A stretch of DNA of 64,000 bases. Origin: a virus. A model generated the notes under the pieces. That model was not told the origin of the DNA and searched no databases. It saw nothing but the letters and a program-made list of their open reading frames with translations. Made by a program: the position numbers and the translations under genes. Location: positions 96,001-160,000 of IMG/VR virus record IMGVR_UViG_3300037454_000906, one strand, 5' to 3'. Position 1 is the first letter of the stretch; each line of letters starts with the position of its first letter. Of this stretch, positions 27,771-36,875 are shown in pieces.

Positions 27771-27936
27771 GTTTCTTCCTGTATTCTGCGACCACTTCCT
27801 TGACGTGTGTAATCCACTCGTCAAAGGTGGGTAGACCCGGGCCGCTCACGTAATCCAGATCCGGATGGGAGATGAAGGGGCTGTATCCGAGCGCCATTGC
27901 GTATTCCTGCATGAGAGTAGGTGTCCATTTATTCAT
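27760..27936 (-). CDS. 58-aa hypothetical protein
   Basis: Hand translation MNKWTPTLMQEYAMALGY... Confidence 0.5.
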   Translation of the reverse strand: MNKWTPTLMQEYAMALGYSPFISHPDLDYVSGPGLPTFDEWITHVKEVVAEYRKKHAV

Positions 27937-28008
27937 TTCAATGTCTCCAATCTACATTTCTTCAAAGTATTCCCGTTTCATTAGACCGTCCCTAAACATG
28001 AACCCATG

Positions 28009-28422
28009 TCACATGTCACTCATGTCAGTGAACCAGTATACCGGTTGTTCCGTGTCCTCTTTCCGTTCCATTTTTTCGTCCAACATCTTTTGAACATACG
28101 CATCCAGCATATTGATGCAATCTCGGATACCACGAATTTCCGTACAATATACTCCGCCATCCGGGTCAACATCACAGTGAAACTTGCCCGGATTGCACTG
28201 ATACAGTTTACGCAGGTAGCCGCTTATTTCTTTCGCCTTGGATTGTAGATAAATCAGACTCTTCTCGGTTTCATCCAGATCAAATAGTTTCGCGAACATT
28301 TCGGACTCATCCCGGGACATCGCATCAACATTTGATAAGGTCATGTCATCCAGGTTTTTGGAACAACTGGCAAGCCATTCCTCAAAATGGGTGGTTCTCG
28401 CGTCAATTTGTTTAATATCCAT
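28009..28422 (-). CDS. hypothetical protein
   Basis: Leaderless start MDIKQ. Confidence 0.65.
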   Translation of the reverse strand: MDIKQIDARTTHFEEWLASCSKNLDDMTLSNVDAMSRDESEMFAKLFDLDETEKSLIYLQSKAKEISGYLRKLYQCNPGKFHCDVDPDGGVYCTEIRGIRDCINMLDAYVQKMLDEKMERKEDTEQPVYWFTDMSDM

Positions 28423-28457
28423 ATTCCAAATATAGTAAAATTTGCTATATTTTGTAC

Positions 28458-28895
28458 ATGAAACCTTTAAAAACAGAAGACACCATATCCGCGGACAAGC
28501 TGAGGGAAGCAATCGACCTCCTTTGCCCAGAAAAGAAACAGGAACTTATCGACGCATCGTACGACATACGAGGCAGCAGTTTGCTAACCGATACCGAACG
28601 TGATGCAGAGGAATACACCCTGTGCGTGATGGCCCTGTTCGAACGAATCATCAAGGCCGTCCCCATGGATGCCGACAACATGTGCCAGTATATCAGGAAC
28701 ATGGAACCCAAGAAGGAAGAGGACGAGAATAACCTACCACCACCCTGGCAGGCCAACGAAACGGTCGATCCGTTGCTCATGGCGCAAATCCAGCTCGAAA
28801 CCGCTTATAGATTCGAGAATCCGAAGGAACAGGCGGAAGCCGTCAAGAACCTGGTAGTTGCCGTACAGGAGAAGAGAAATGCTGAAGCTCACTAA
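28458..28895 (+). CDS. hypothetical protein
   Basis: Leaderless start; overlapping divergent -10 boxes at 28429-28451. Confidence 0.65.
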   Translation: MKPLKTEDTISADKLREAIDLLCPEKKQELIDASYDIRGSSLLTDTERDAEEYTLCVMALFERIIKAVPMDADNMCQYIRNMEPKKEEDENNLPPPWQANETVDPLLMAQIQLETAYRFENPKEQAEAVKNLVVAVQEKRNAEAH

Positions 28896-29286
28896 GCTAA
28901 TCGACGTATACGAAAAACATGAAAATGGTTATTACATCATGACCTGGGCGTATGGCCTGCTTGCGCTAAGTGGGCCAATAATTTGCTACATATATGACGG
29001 GATTGGTATACTGTTCGTGCTCGCGGCGTGCAATTTTATCAACCTATTCCAGATGCTGGTCCGGATAGACCCGGACAATTTCGATTTCGACCGGCGTGAG
29101 GCTCGGATATTCAGGTACCGGGTGTTCAGAGTTGCATTGGTGTTCACTCCGGTACTATTCCCGTACTGGATATGCCTGGGGCTCGCCATCCCCCTCGACA
29201 TGCTGCTGACCGGGACCGGACGCGCCTACCTGTACATACGCGACAAGATTGTGAATCCGGACGAGGAAGCTGCCTTGAAGAAATAA
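28879..29286 (+). CDS. membrane protein
   Basis: About four hydrophobic segments. Confidence 0.65.
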   Translation: MLKLTKLIDVYEKHENGYYIMTWAYGLLALSGPIICYIYDGIGILFVLAACNFINLFQMLVRIDPDNFDFDRREARIFRYRVFRVALVFTPVLFPYWICLGLAIPLDMLLTGTGRAYLYIRDKIVNPDEEAALKK

Positions 29287-29396
29287 TGTACTCGCTTGCC
29301 GCACTCCCCATCTATGGCTTTACGTTGCCGCCCATTTATTTATTTGCTACATTTCCAGCACGAAGATGACAGAACAGGGACGGGACAACAATCCAT

Positions 29397-29678
29397 ATGG
29401 AGGACTTTATGGTTAAAGCGATCAGATTCATGTACAGCGTCGTAGTTCTCACCACCGCCTTCCTCGTACTCATGACAATCGGGTGCATGCTGGTCGGCAT
29501 ACTAAAACACTTCGGCGTGGACGATGCAATCACGTACACCTGGTATGGTGGCATACTGGGGTTTGGGGGTGGTGAAATTCCCACGCTGCATGACCGGTTC
29601 CGGAAGCAGATCGATGCCCCGCTGAACTGGATACTTGGCAAAATCAGGAAGGAGTTGGCTGCCGAGATTAAGCAGTGA
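29397..29678 (+). CDS. membrane protein
   Basis: TM helix; promoter at 29324-29353. Confidence 0.6.
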   Translation: MEDFMVKAIRFMYSVVVLTTAFLVLMTIGCMLVGILKHFGVDDAITYTWYGGILGFGGGEIPTLHDRFRKQIDAPLNWILGKIRKELAAEIKQ

Positions 29679-29688
29679 CGCTCGATGG

Positions 29689-29717
29689 TTGCCACCCAGC
29701 AATCAATTTGCTATATA
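29689..29717 (+). promoter_or_regulatory. early promoter upstream of a non-coding tRNA-like region
   Basis: TTGCCA-N17-TATATA. Confidence 0.75.
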
Positions 29718-29812
29718 TTAAACGTGAAGGCACGCCGGCCAGGAAGGCAAACCCGCCGCACCGCCATGCTCAGTGCACAGAGAGGCACCAGGTTCGCGAA
29801 CTGGAAAAGTGT

Positions 29813-29875
29813 GTGTTGCTGCCGGAGTGGCCAATAGGCTCAGTCTTCACAACTCGCCCCGGAGAGGGCAACGCC
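29813..29875 (+). ncRNA. highly degenerate tRNA-like cloverleaf, possible anticodon TCA
   Basis: GTGTTGC/GCAACGC stem, D-arm-like GCCGGAGTGG..GGC, loop CTTCACA, truncated T arm. Confidence 0.25.
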
Positions 29876-29905
29876 TCCTACTTGGATTAAATTCCATAGG
29901 AGGTG

Positions 29906-29981
29906 GCCGCATTAGCTCAGTTGGTAGAGCACCCGCCTACATTTGGTGTGGAGGTCACCGGATCGTCCTCGGTATGCGGCA
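29906..29981 (+). tRNA. degenerate tRNA (pseudo-tRNA, CAT anticodon)
   Basis: Acceptor GCCGCAT/ATGCGGC; canonical TAGCTCAGTTGGTAGAGC D arm; non-canonical anticodon loop TACATTT and T loop; no CCA. Confidence 0.65.
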
Positions 29982-30003
29982 TTAATTTTAATCCAGGAAA
30001 CCC

Positions 30004-30186
30004 ATGACCGACTTCGAACTCAAATTAAAGCTGCTGGAAAATCAGGAGAAAATGATCACAATCCTGGAAGATATCCGATGGATTTGCGCCTATACAGGGC
30101 GGGAGAGCCTTCCCGAGTTGCAACTGAAAATCCTGGGAATCCCTCTAGGCAAAGTGAACAACATTAAAATTCCGAAGAGAAAATAA
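30004..30186 (+). CDS. hypothetical protein
   Basis: ORF with AGGA RBS. Confidence 0.6.
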   Translation: MTDFELKLKLLENQEKMITILEDIRWICAYTGRESLPELQLKILGIPLGKVNNIKIPKRK

Positions 30187-30194
30187 GCATAGCC

Positions 30195-30932
30195 ATGTCA
30201 TTAAAGACCATCAGCATCACACCGAACCAAGGTTTCCTATCAGACACCACCAAGGCGCTGTTCGCTAAGTTCGTCGAAGCGAACAAAGCCGACGATAGCC
30301 ACTATTACCAGACGAACGCCAAGGCGACCAAGATATGCAACGCGATAGGTAGCCTGGAATCCCTCAAGTCCGCTGTCAGAAGTTATGCCACCAGAGATGA
30401 TGCAACCCGCGCCGCTATATACGAAAATGTTAAGTCGAACGCCCGGGAACTCTTGGCCGCATGTGACGAGGATGACACGGTGTCCCATGAGGAGCTCCCG
30501 AAAAAATACGATGTGCTGAAGGGCATCGGGGAGCAGATTGCGGAACAGTTGCATAAAGACCTAGCAGGCAAATATCTATGTGTCAAACCCAACCTCAACC
30601 ATACTGTCACCATAATTGAAGTGTACAGCATCCGCAGCACATTAGAATTAGTGGACTACACGGAATATGATCTCGGGTTGAAGATTTACGGGGCTGGAGT
30701 GCGGCGCACCGATGAAGTCAACGAGTGGTCGAACGAGGCGAACAGCCTGTCATTCGGCACGTTCAACGTCAATCTGGAATTGTGCAATTTCGTTGCCCCG
30801 AGAAAAGGTTTCGCCATGGGAGTCGTTACGGCGAAACAGTTTGCCGAATACATTGCCAAGGCCACTAAGGAAATGAGCGATGCAGTTGGACTCAAAAAGG
30901 AATTATCTAATGCTACCGGACAAGAAATATGA
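30195..30932 (+). CDS. hypothetical protein (helical N-terminus plus L.GK beta-domain family)
   Basis: ORF. Confidence 0.7.
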   Translation: MSLKTISITPNQGFLSDTTKALFAKFVEANKADDSHYYQTNAKATKICNAIGSLESLKSAVRSYATRDDATRAAIYENVKSNARELLAACDEDDTVSHEELPKKYDVLKGIGEQIAEQLHKDLAGKYLCVKPNLNHTVTIIEVYSIRSTLELVDYTEYDLGLKIYGAGVRRTDEVNEWSNEANSLSFGTFNVNLELCNFVAPRKGFAMGVVTAKQFAEYIAKATKEMSDAVGLKKELSNATGQEI

Positions 30933-31116
30933 TCTATGCATCATGCGCTTGGGAAAATCCAGGCTGATTGTGCTCAATAACCGTCTGGTACATGGGGAAT
31001 TCCCGAATTCGGCAACAGTCGAATATGAAGGCAAGATTCCCCTGAAACGACTAGCCGATGCATTGCCAGTGGAAGACCTGGAGGCAATGCTCGCATACCG
31101 GAAAAGCGATAAGTAG
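30910..31116 (+). CDS. hypothetical protein
   Basis: ORF. Confidence 0.6.
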   Translation: MLPDKKYDLCIMRLGKSRLIVLNNRLVHGEFPNSATVEYEGKIPLKRLADALPVEDLEAMLAYRKSDK

Positions 31117-31118
31117 GG

Positions 31119-31150
31119 TGGTTGCCGAAAGGCAACCATTTTGCTATATA
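31119..31150 (+). promoter_or_regulatory. terminator hairpin overlapping a promoter
   Basis: TGGTTGCC-GAAA-GGCAACCA then TTTT; TTGCCG-N17-TATATA. Confidence 0.75.
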
Positions 31151-31189
31151 TTGGATATGATTGGAGAGACAATCTAGGAGAATCCCGTC

Positions 31190-31489
31190 ATGCGCACCGC
31201 CAAAGAATTGACAAAAATATACGAGGCCATCCGCGAGTTAGTAAAGTCCCGCCGGTGCACCGTGGTGACTGCGACACAGCCGCCTAGCCACGGCATCGGT
31301 TTTCTCAGTCCCGAGGAAATGGCCGAAGTGAGCAACAAGCCGTTATTTTGTGACTACATTAACGTATTCACGCCTGATTCACATGAACCATCCGGTGCAT
31401 CAATGAACGCCCAGCCGATGCCCATTCCGCTCATCAGCATCGACATGCAGCATGACTTTAGACCGGCACTCGCCGGAACGGAGGAATAG
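31190..31489 (+). CDS. hypothetical protein with a gp41/DnaB-like ATQ segment
   Basis: YEAIRELVKSRRCTVVTATQ. Confidence 0.5.
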   Translation: MRTAKELTKIYEAIRELVKSRRCTVVTATQPPSHGIGFLSPEEMAEVSNKPLFCDYINVFTPDSHEPSGASMNAQPMPIPLISIDMQHDFRPALAGTEE

Positions 31490-31493
31490 TTAC

Positions 31494-31781
31494 ATGGCAA
31501 CGACAAAACACAAATATATTGACCCGCCGGTGATTACCCCGGATGTATTGGCGCAATTAGCCAAAATCCATGACATCATAACGGAAAAGGAAGCCGAAAT
31601 AGAGACATTAATGACCCAGGCCGACAACTTGGTAAAGAAATGCACCATCGAAGAATGCCGTGCGATGGGATGCAGGCACGCCAAAGGCTGCCGGTACCAA
31701 TGTGTGTTGCGTGGAAGTTGCTGTCGGTCCAAGTGGGCGCACGGCGGATGTAAGGACATGTTCCGGCGGGAGTCCAAATAA
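31494..31781 (+). CDS. Cys-rich hypothetical protein
   Basis: Coiled coil followed by seven or more Cys. Confidence 0.65.
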   Translation: MATTKHKYIDPPVITPDVLAQLAKIHDIITEKEAEIETLMTQADNLVKKCTIEECRAMGCRHAKGCRYQCVLRGSCCRSKWAHGGCKDMFRRESK

Positions 31782-31837
31782 CGATCTAATATACGGGAAG
31801 CCGCAATCATGGAACGACACTCAGATAAAGGCAAGAC

Positions 31838-32395
31838 ATGAAATTGACAGAACTTTCAAAGGAAATCTCCTATGCACTGCGGCATGCGCCGTGGGAATAC
31901 GAACTGGAATTGGACGAAGCCGGTTTCGTCCCCGTGGACCAGCTCCTGCATGCAATCAACGAATCCGGGAACTATGATCAGACGGTAACCCGGGCCGACC
32001 TTGAAGACATTATCCGCACTTCCGACAAGAAGCGCCACGAAATCGTCGAGGACCGCATCCGCGCCCTGTACGGCCACAGCGTACCTATGTTCATCAGGAA
32101 GGACCCCGGGATACCCCCCGATGTCCTGTACCACGGAACCAACGACATTGCCATGGATGCAATCGCGGAGACGGGGCTTCTCCCCATGAGCCGCCAATAC
32201 GTCCATATGTCCATCACTCCGGATATCGCGGTGATGGTGGCAAAGAGACGTAAGGGAAACATTGTTATCCTGGAAATAGACACCGTGAAGGCAAGGAAAG
32301 CCGGCGTGGAATTCTATGTCGGCAACGACAAGGTATGGCTCGCCAAGGCTATCCCGGCGGAATATTTGCGGCCCGTTGCGGTGCCCGGGCCGTAA
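31838..32395 (+). CDS. kptA: RNA 2'-phosphotransferase
   Basis: LSK..S..LRH.P, DK.R, IRA.YGHS, LYHGT, M.RQYVH.S. Confidence 0.92.
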   Translation: MKLTELSKEISYALRHAPWEYELELDEAGFVPVDQLLHAINESGNYDQTVTRADLEDIIRTSDKKRHEIVEDRIRALYGHSVPMFIRKDPGIPPDVLYHGTNDIAMDAIAETGLLPMSRQYVHMSITPDIAVMVAKRRKGNIVILEIDTVKARKAGVEFYVGNDKVWLAKAIPAEYLRPVAVPGP

Positions 32396-32418
32396 GGCAA
32401 TTCACCCAATTCAACCAA

Positions 32419-33792
32419 GTCAACTACCCACGCCCTAAAGGGCGTGAGCTTGTACGGCTCCCGTTGTTACCGCAGGGAGGCTTATGTACGATTGGGCGGT
32501 TGACATACACCCTGCCTTCCAAGTTCTCAATGCACCATCAAGGGGCGTCTTGAACGAGGAAGGATGTTTGCTCTTCCGAGCTATATTGATTGCGGCATTC
32601 CAGTCGGCATCCAGGACAGTACCGTTCTTGCAATAGAATCTACGATTCTTGCGAGTACCTTCCTTCTTGCCGGTGGTGCAATCTGTTTGGCTTGTCATGA
32701 ACGGAGAAACCGTTTCCACTGTCTTACCGTACAGCGGTGCCTTGTATGACAAAATTTGCTTGAACTTGTAGAATGGAATTTGGTACATCCTACGATTATG
32801 GGATTTCCGTTTGAATCCCTCTTTAGACTTTGAAGTCTTCTGCTTAATTCCGCTTAAATCTTCCATTACGATAATGGAAGCCGCTGTGCTTTGAATTACC
32901 GCATTGGCAATCTTTCTGCACATATCGGTAGACTGGTTATGTTCCTTGATGGATAGCTTACGAAAATGCCTATGAGCTGACTTGGTTCCTTTCTTCTGCA
33001 AGCATCGTTTCAAGTAACGTAGTTTGCGTTTACGCTTGTTATATTCCTTGTCATGGAACATGATGCCATCGGAGGAAATTGCGAAACGGCGTTCGCCCAT
33101 ATCCAATCCGATGCAGTTGTCATCATATAGAGGTACATCGGGAACATTGAATGTTATCGAAAGGAAGAAACGCCCATTTCGCATGAAAATCAACGGGTCG
33201 GCGGTGGTATATTGCACAAACAGCGACTCCAGCCTGTCATAGCCGACCATATCCGCTACGGCTCTTTTGCAAGCCTTGCCGGAGCACAATGCAATGCTCT
33301 TGCGATTGAACTTGGAATACAGCCGCTTGTCCAGCCTCATTGATAGACCATGCTTTTCTGGTATTTTGTGCTTCTTATGACCGTTGCTCTTGATGGAACG
33401 AAATGCCGATATACATTCCTTGTATATTTTGATTACGGCTTGGCTTGGAATTGTTGGATATTCTTCTCGGAGAATATCATACACGGCTTTATGGACTGAA
33501 CGCAAGTCTATATGGACATTGTTGGAATCTAATATGTTAGCACACTTGTTATAGGCTTCCCTGGACAATGCAAGAATACTAGACCAGTATTCGTGGTCTT
33601 CCTTGGTACGGAACCGTATCTCTGCATTGTAGGTCAGTTCTACCATATAACTTTCACCCGTGTTCACCTATAAGTTTAGATAATTTCGGTTTGCAAAGCA
33701 AGTATTTTAGGCACAATATTGGAATAAATTGTTCCCAAAGTGTTCTCGTGGGCATTCCTATGCCGCCCTAAAGGGACGGCATCTTCCTACCC
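32419..33792 (-). mobile_element. tnpA-less IS200/IS605-family element 2
   Basis: Right end GTAGTTGAC with hairpin 32429-32446; left-end hairpin ATGCCGCCCTAAAGGGACGGCAT 33760-33782. Confidence 0.85.
32435..33646 (-). CDS. tnpB: TnpB RNA-guided endonuclease
   Basis: GLDMG, VMEDL, DADWNAAIN (D-E-D intact); reduced zinc finger. Confidence 0.9.
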   Translation of the reverse strand: MVELTYNAEIRFRTKEDHEYWSSILALSREAYNKCANILDSNNVHIDLRSVHKAVYDILREEYPTIPSQAVIKIYKECISAFRSIKSNGHKKHKIPEKHGLSMRLDKRLYSKFNRKSIALCSGKACKRAVADMVGYDRLESLFVQYTTADPLIFMRNGRFFLSITFNVPDVPLYDDNCIGLDMGERRFAISSDGIMFHDKEYNKRKRKLRYLKRCLQKKGTKSAHRHFRKLSIKEHNQSTDMCRKIANAVIQSTAASIIVMEDLSGIKQKTSKSKEGFKRKSHNRRMYQIPFYKFKQILSYKAPLYGKTVETVSPFMTSQTDCTTGKKEGTRKNRRFYCKNGTVLDADWNAAINIARKSKHPSSFKTPLDGALRTWKAGCMSTAQSYISLPAVTTGAVQAHAL

Positions 33793-33806
33793 ACTCTTTC
33801 TGTGAA

Positions 33807-35036
33807 CTACTCCTTGTCGTTGAGTATGTCGTCGAGTATACCATTCTGAATTTTGGGAATCCACTTCTCCGCCATTTTCAATGCGGATTCGATGCAATCA
33901 TCCATGTCGAAATACCGGTACAGGCCGAGCCGTCCACACAGGTGTACTTTACTCCCGAAACGGTACTTTTCCGCCCCGTTTTCACCCTGTTCCACCCATC
34001 TCGCATACTTCCGATATACTTTGTCATTTTCCGGGTTGTTTATCGGGTAGTATGGCTCATCGGTCTCTTTAAGACATGGGACTGGCGTTTCAACCGTAAC
34101 GACGGTCGTGTTGTTGCGGATACCGTAACGATCGGAATCGCGCCACGGCTGGAAATGCTTGTGCTCGATGGTCCGGGTGTATGGAACGTCCAGTGTGGTA
34201 TGGTTCACCACGGCGGTTCCCTGGAAATCGGGTACGGGGTACACGTTCGTCGTGAAGTCGAGACCCCTGAATTCCAGGGTATTCAATCCGAGCAGGAGGT
34301 CGGGACGACCGGAATAGAATATGTGGTCAGCCAATGGAAACAGGTCCGGGAGGCTCTTCACGAAATCCGTATTGAGCATCAAGTGCACCCGGGAGGGGGC
34401 GTCGCGGAAGATCATGTTCTCGATCCATTTGGTGTACCCCTCTTCCGGAATTCCCTGGTATTTGTCGTTGAAATAGTTGTTGTCCCATGTGAAACGCATC
34501 GGCAGGCGCTTGATTAGGTTAGCCGGCAGCTCGTCGCAGGAACGGTTCCACTGCTTCTCGGTATAGCCCTTGACAAGAAGTTCGAACACCGTTTTCCCCA
34601 CCATGCGCATGCAGCATCCGGAAAGGGTGTCCGGATCGCTGTTCGCCTTGGCCTCTTCGATTTCCTCGTCAATCTTCGCGGTGATTTCCTCGGGGGAAAG
34701 ACCGGGCCAGATACGGGAATACGTGTTCATGTTGAACGGGAGGTTCAGGTACAGGTACTTGTCATTCTGCTTGGTCATGGCGATGGGCGAGTTCTGGAAC
34801 GGCACGAAATTGGCGAAGTTGGTAGCGAATCGCCATACTTCCTCGTTGGATGTATGGAAGATGTGCGCTCCATACTTGTGCACGGTGATGCCGTTGAGTT
34901 CATACGTATGGCAATTTCCACCGATCTCGTTCCTTTTTTCTACAATGAGCACGGAGAATCCGTGGTTTGCAAACTTATTGGCCAGGACGGCATTATACAG
35001 GCCGGCGCCAACTAGCATTATGTCATATTTTTCCAT
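33807..35036 (-). CDS. glf: UDP-galactopyranose mutase
   Basis: VGAG, EKR..IGGNC, HKYGAHIFHT, YQGIP, RTIEHKHF, EPYYP, GRLG.YRY.DMD. Confidence 0.95.
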   Translation of the reverse strand: MEKYDIMLVGAGLYNAVLANKFANHGFSVLIVEKRNEIGGNCHTYELNGITVHKYGAHIFHTSNEEVWRFATNFANFVPFQNSPIAMTKQNDKYLYLNLPFNMNTYSRIWPGLSPEEITAKIDEEIEEAKANSDPDTLSGCCMRMVGKTVFELLVKGYTEKQWNRSCDELPANLIKRLPMRFTWDNNYFNDKYQGIPEEGYTKWIENMIFRDAPSRVHLMLNTDFVKSLPDLFPLADHIFYSGRPDLLLGLNTLEFRGLDFTTNVYPVPDFQGTAVVNHTTLDVPYTRTIEHKHFQPWRDSDRYGIRNNTTVVTVETPVPCLKETDEPYYPINNPENDKVYRKYARWVEQGENGAEKYRFGSKVHLCGRLGLYRYFDMDDCIESALKMAEKWIPKIQNGILDDILNDKE

Positions 35037-35089
35037 GAAAGTTTCCTTTTTATTGGGCTATACCCGCCCAAAATGTTGACTGTAGTTTT

Positions 35090-35362
35090 TTAGCATATCG
35101 TTTTGTAGGCAGCACTTGGATGGGCATAACCGTTGAAACGAAGAGTCGCAGTGGCCCACCCCGGTATAGACCCGAGTACAATGGCCCGGGCGATTTCTTC
35201 CGCCGTCATGGTTTCCTGTGCCATGTATAGAAGTGCGTCCATGTGCTCTTCCGAACGCTCCAAGCGTTCCCGAGGCACGTCCTCGTTACGGGAAAGCCAT
35301 TGCATCACCTCGGTGCGCTTGACTTCATCATCTTCACACAGAAACCTACTATATCTCGACAT
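35090..35362 (-). CDS. hypothetical protein
   Basis: ATG immediately follows repeat 7. Confidence 0.65.
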   Translation of the reverse strand: MSRYSRFLCEDDEVKRTEVMQWLSRNEDVPRERLERSEEHMDALLYMAQETMTAEEIARAIVLGSIPGWATATLRFNGYAHPSAAYKTIC

Positions 35363-35399
35363 CGGATTTTAACCTCTTGGTTAGGGAGCACCGTTAAAC

Positions 35400-35570
35400 C
35401 TATAAACTTCCAACTTCTTTTAGCCTATCATACTCTGCTAAGGCATTTGCAAAAGCTCCATGTTCTCGTTCTTGATTAATTCTTTTCATTTCCTTAGCAA
35501 TATCTTCAACAGAAGGTCCATTGTAATTCGGCGTTTTGGAAAGAAAATCGAATATCGATCTCTTCTTCAT
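35400..35570 (-). CDS. small hypothetical protein
   Basis: MKKRSIFDF...; stop at the repeat. Confidence 0.6.
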   Translation of the reverse strand: MKKRSIFDFLSKTPNYNGPSVEDIAKEMKRINQEREHGAFANALAEYDRLKEVGSL

Positions 35571-35584
35571 TTTTATTTTCCTTT

Positions 35585-35764
35585 TCAGTCCTTGAAGGAG
35601 TGTCCACACTGCGGGCACGTATGGTATTCCGAGCGGTCGGGGCACAGCCGTCCGAGTTCTTCCTGCATCTTGGCAAGGAATTTCGGGGCTATGAGCGGGT
35701 AGTCGTTCACTTGCCTGATGCGGCCTTTCAGATCTTTTTCACGTTTGCCGTGCATGGCGGTCAT
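35585..35764 (-). CDS. small zinc-ribbon protein
   Basis: Hand translation ending HTCPQCGHSFKD. Confidence 0.6.
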   Translation of the reverse strand: MTAMHGKREKDLKGRIRQVNDYPLIAPKFLAKMQEELGRLCPDRSEYHTCPQCGHSFKD

Positions 35765-35816
35765 GGGTGTTTCCTTTATTTGATTTTAACTTCTTGGTTA
35801 GGGAGCGCCGTTAAAC

Positions 35817-36410
35817 CTAGATACTCTTCGATATATAGCAGAACGAGTTTACGAAGTTCCTGATGCGGTTGACCGCATCGGCGTCGTTGGCGAAATAGCA
35901 ATGAAGATTGGCCACCTTCTTAACTTCCCGGCTGGTCCTGTCGACACGCTGATACTTTTCAAATGTTACGCACCATACACGCGGGGCATCGAGGTCATAT
36001 CCGGTGGCGGACTGGTGTATGCTCACCTGTTCGAACGGGAACATCTCAAATTGTTCGACGCCCTCGACCCTAACAGAGCCCTGCCGGGAAATGTGTACGT
36101 CGGTGTTAGAATCGCCATAACTCGATACACGGTACGAAAAATCGGATCCATCGGCAGTGCGCCGGTCGTTGTCAATTCTGTCGATATGGTCAAAGAACTG
36201 TTCCACGTTTACCGTGACAAGCTGTTTGGTAAGACCTTCATCGCCTTCAGACGAGTTCTTGATGAAGTCCGCCTGCTTCATGAACATCTGTATCGCGGCA
36301 TGCTTGACCTGATTAAGCTCGGTTTCTGAAAGCGGGCTCGGGTAGATTTTCATCTTCCCGTCGTCAATCTCCACATCATATGAGTGGTCGTTTTCCAGGG
36401 TTACTTTCAT
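35817..36410 (-). CDS. hypothetical protein
   Basis: ORF; stop at the repeat. Confidence 0.7.
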   Translation of the reverse strand: MKVTLENDHSYDVEIDDGKMKIYPSPLSETELNQVKHAAIQMFMKQADFIKNSSEGDEGLTKQLVTVNVEQFFDHIDRIDNDRRTADGSDFSYRVSSYGDSNTDVHISRQGSVRVEGVEQFEMFPFEQVSIHQSATGYDLDAPRVWCVTFEKYQRVDRTSREVKKVANLHCYFANDADAVNRIRNFVNSFCYISKSI

Positions 36411-36426
36411 TCGTCACCCCCGCCAG

Positions 36427-36741
36427 CTATCTACATTCGGGACGGCTGACCGTCGTCTTGTTCGTAACAGTGACCTTCAGCTTGGAGAAGTCGCCGTTGA
36501 AAATGAGCGAACCGGGCTTCCAGTGGTTCGAGATTTCGGACCCGATCGACTGGGATTCCCAGAAGCTCTTTTCGACGGGGATGTTGAACTCGATCGCGTT
36601 CATGCTGTTCTTGATATGCTCGCTGATGCTGAGCGTAAAGGTGGACTGCTTGACCTTGAGGGTCAATACATAGTAATACGGGTCCGAGCACGCGGCGGAA
36701 ATTCCAACGGCTGTGAGAATGGCCAATGCGATTTTCTTCAT
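36427..36741 (-). CDS. putative lipoprotein
   Basis: MKK signal peptide with ISAAC lipobox. Confidence 0.7.
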   Translation of the reverse strand: MKKIALAILTAVGISAACSDPYYYVLTLKVKQSTFTLSISEHIKNSMNAIEFNIPVEKSFWESQSIGSEISNHWKPGSLIFNGDFSKLKVTVTNKTTVSRPECR

Positions 36742-36875
36742 TTTATTATCCTTGTTGGTTGTCTGCACATTTTGGGTGGGCATAGACTTTTACTAAATAT
36801 AGTAAAAATGCGAACAAAAATTGCCATTTCCGCAACATTTTTATTATATTTCGGACATATGCAACGGAGGCCACG

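Larger units (their letters stand above)
35365..35817 (-). repeat. two variant copies of the ~35-bp gene-boundary repeat
   Basis: GGTTTAACGG(T/C)GCTCCCTAACCAAGA(G/A)GTTAAAATC at 35365-35400 and 35782-35817; upstream TAG stops overlap the first base. Confidence 0.85.
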
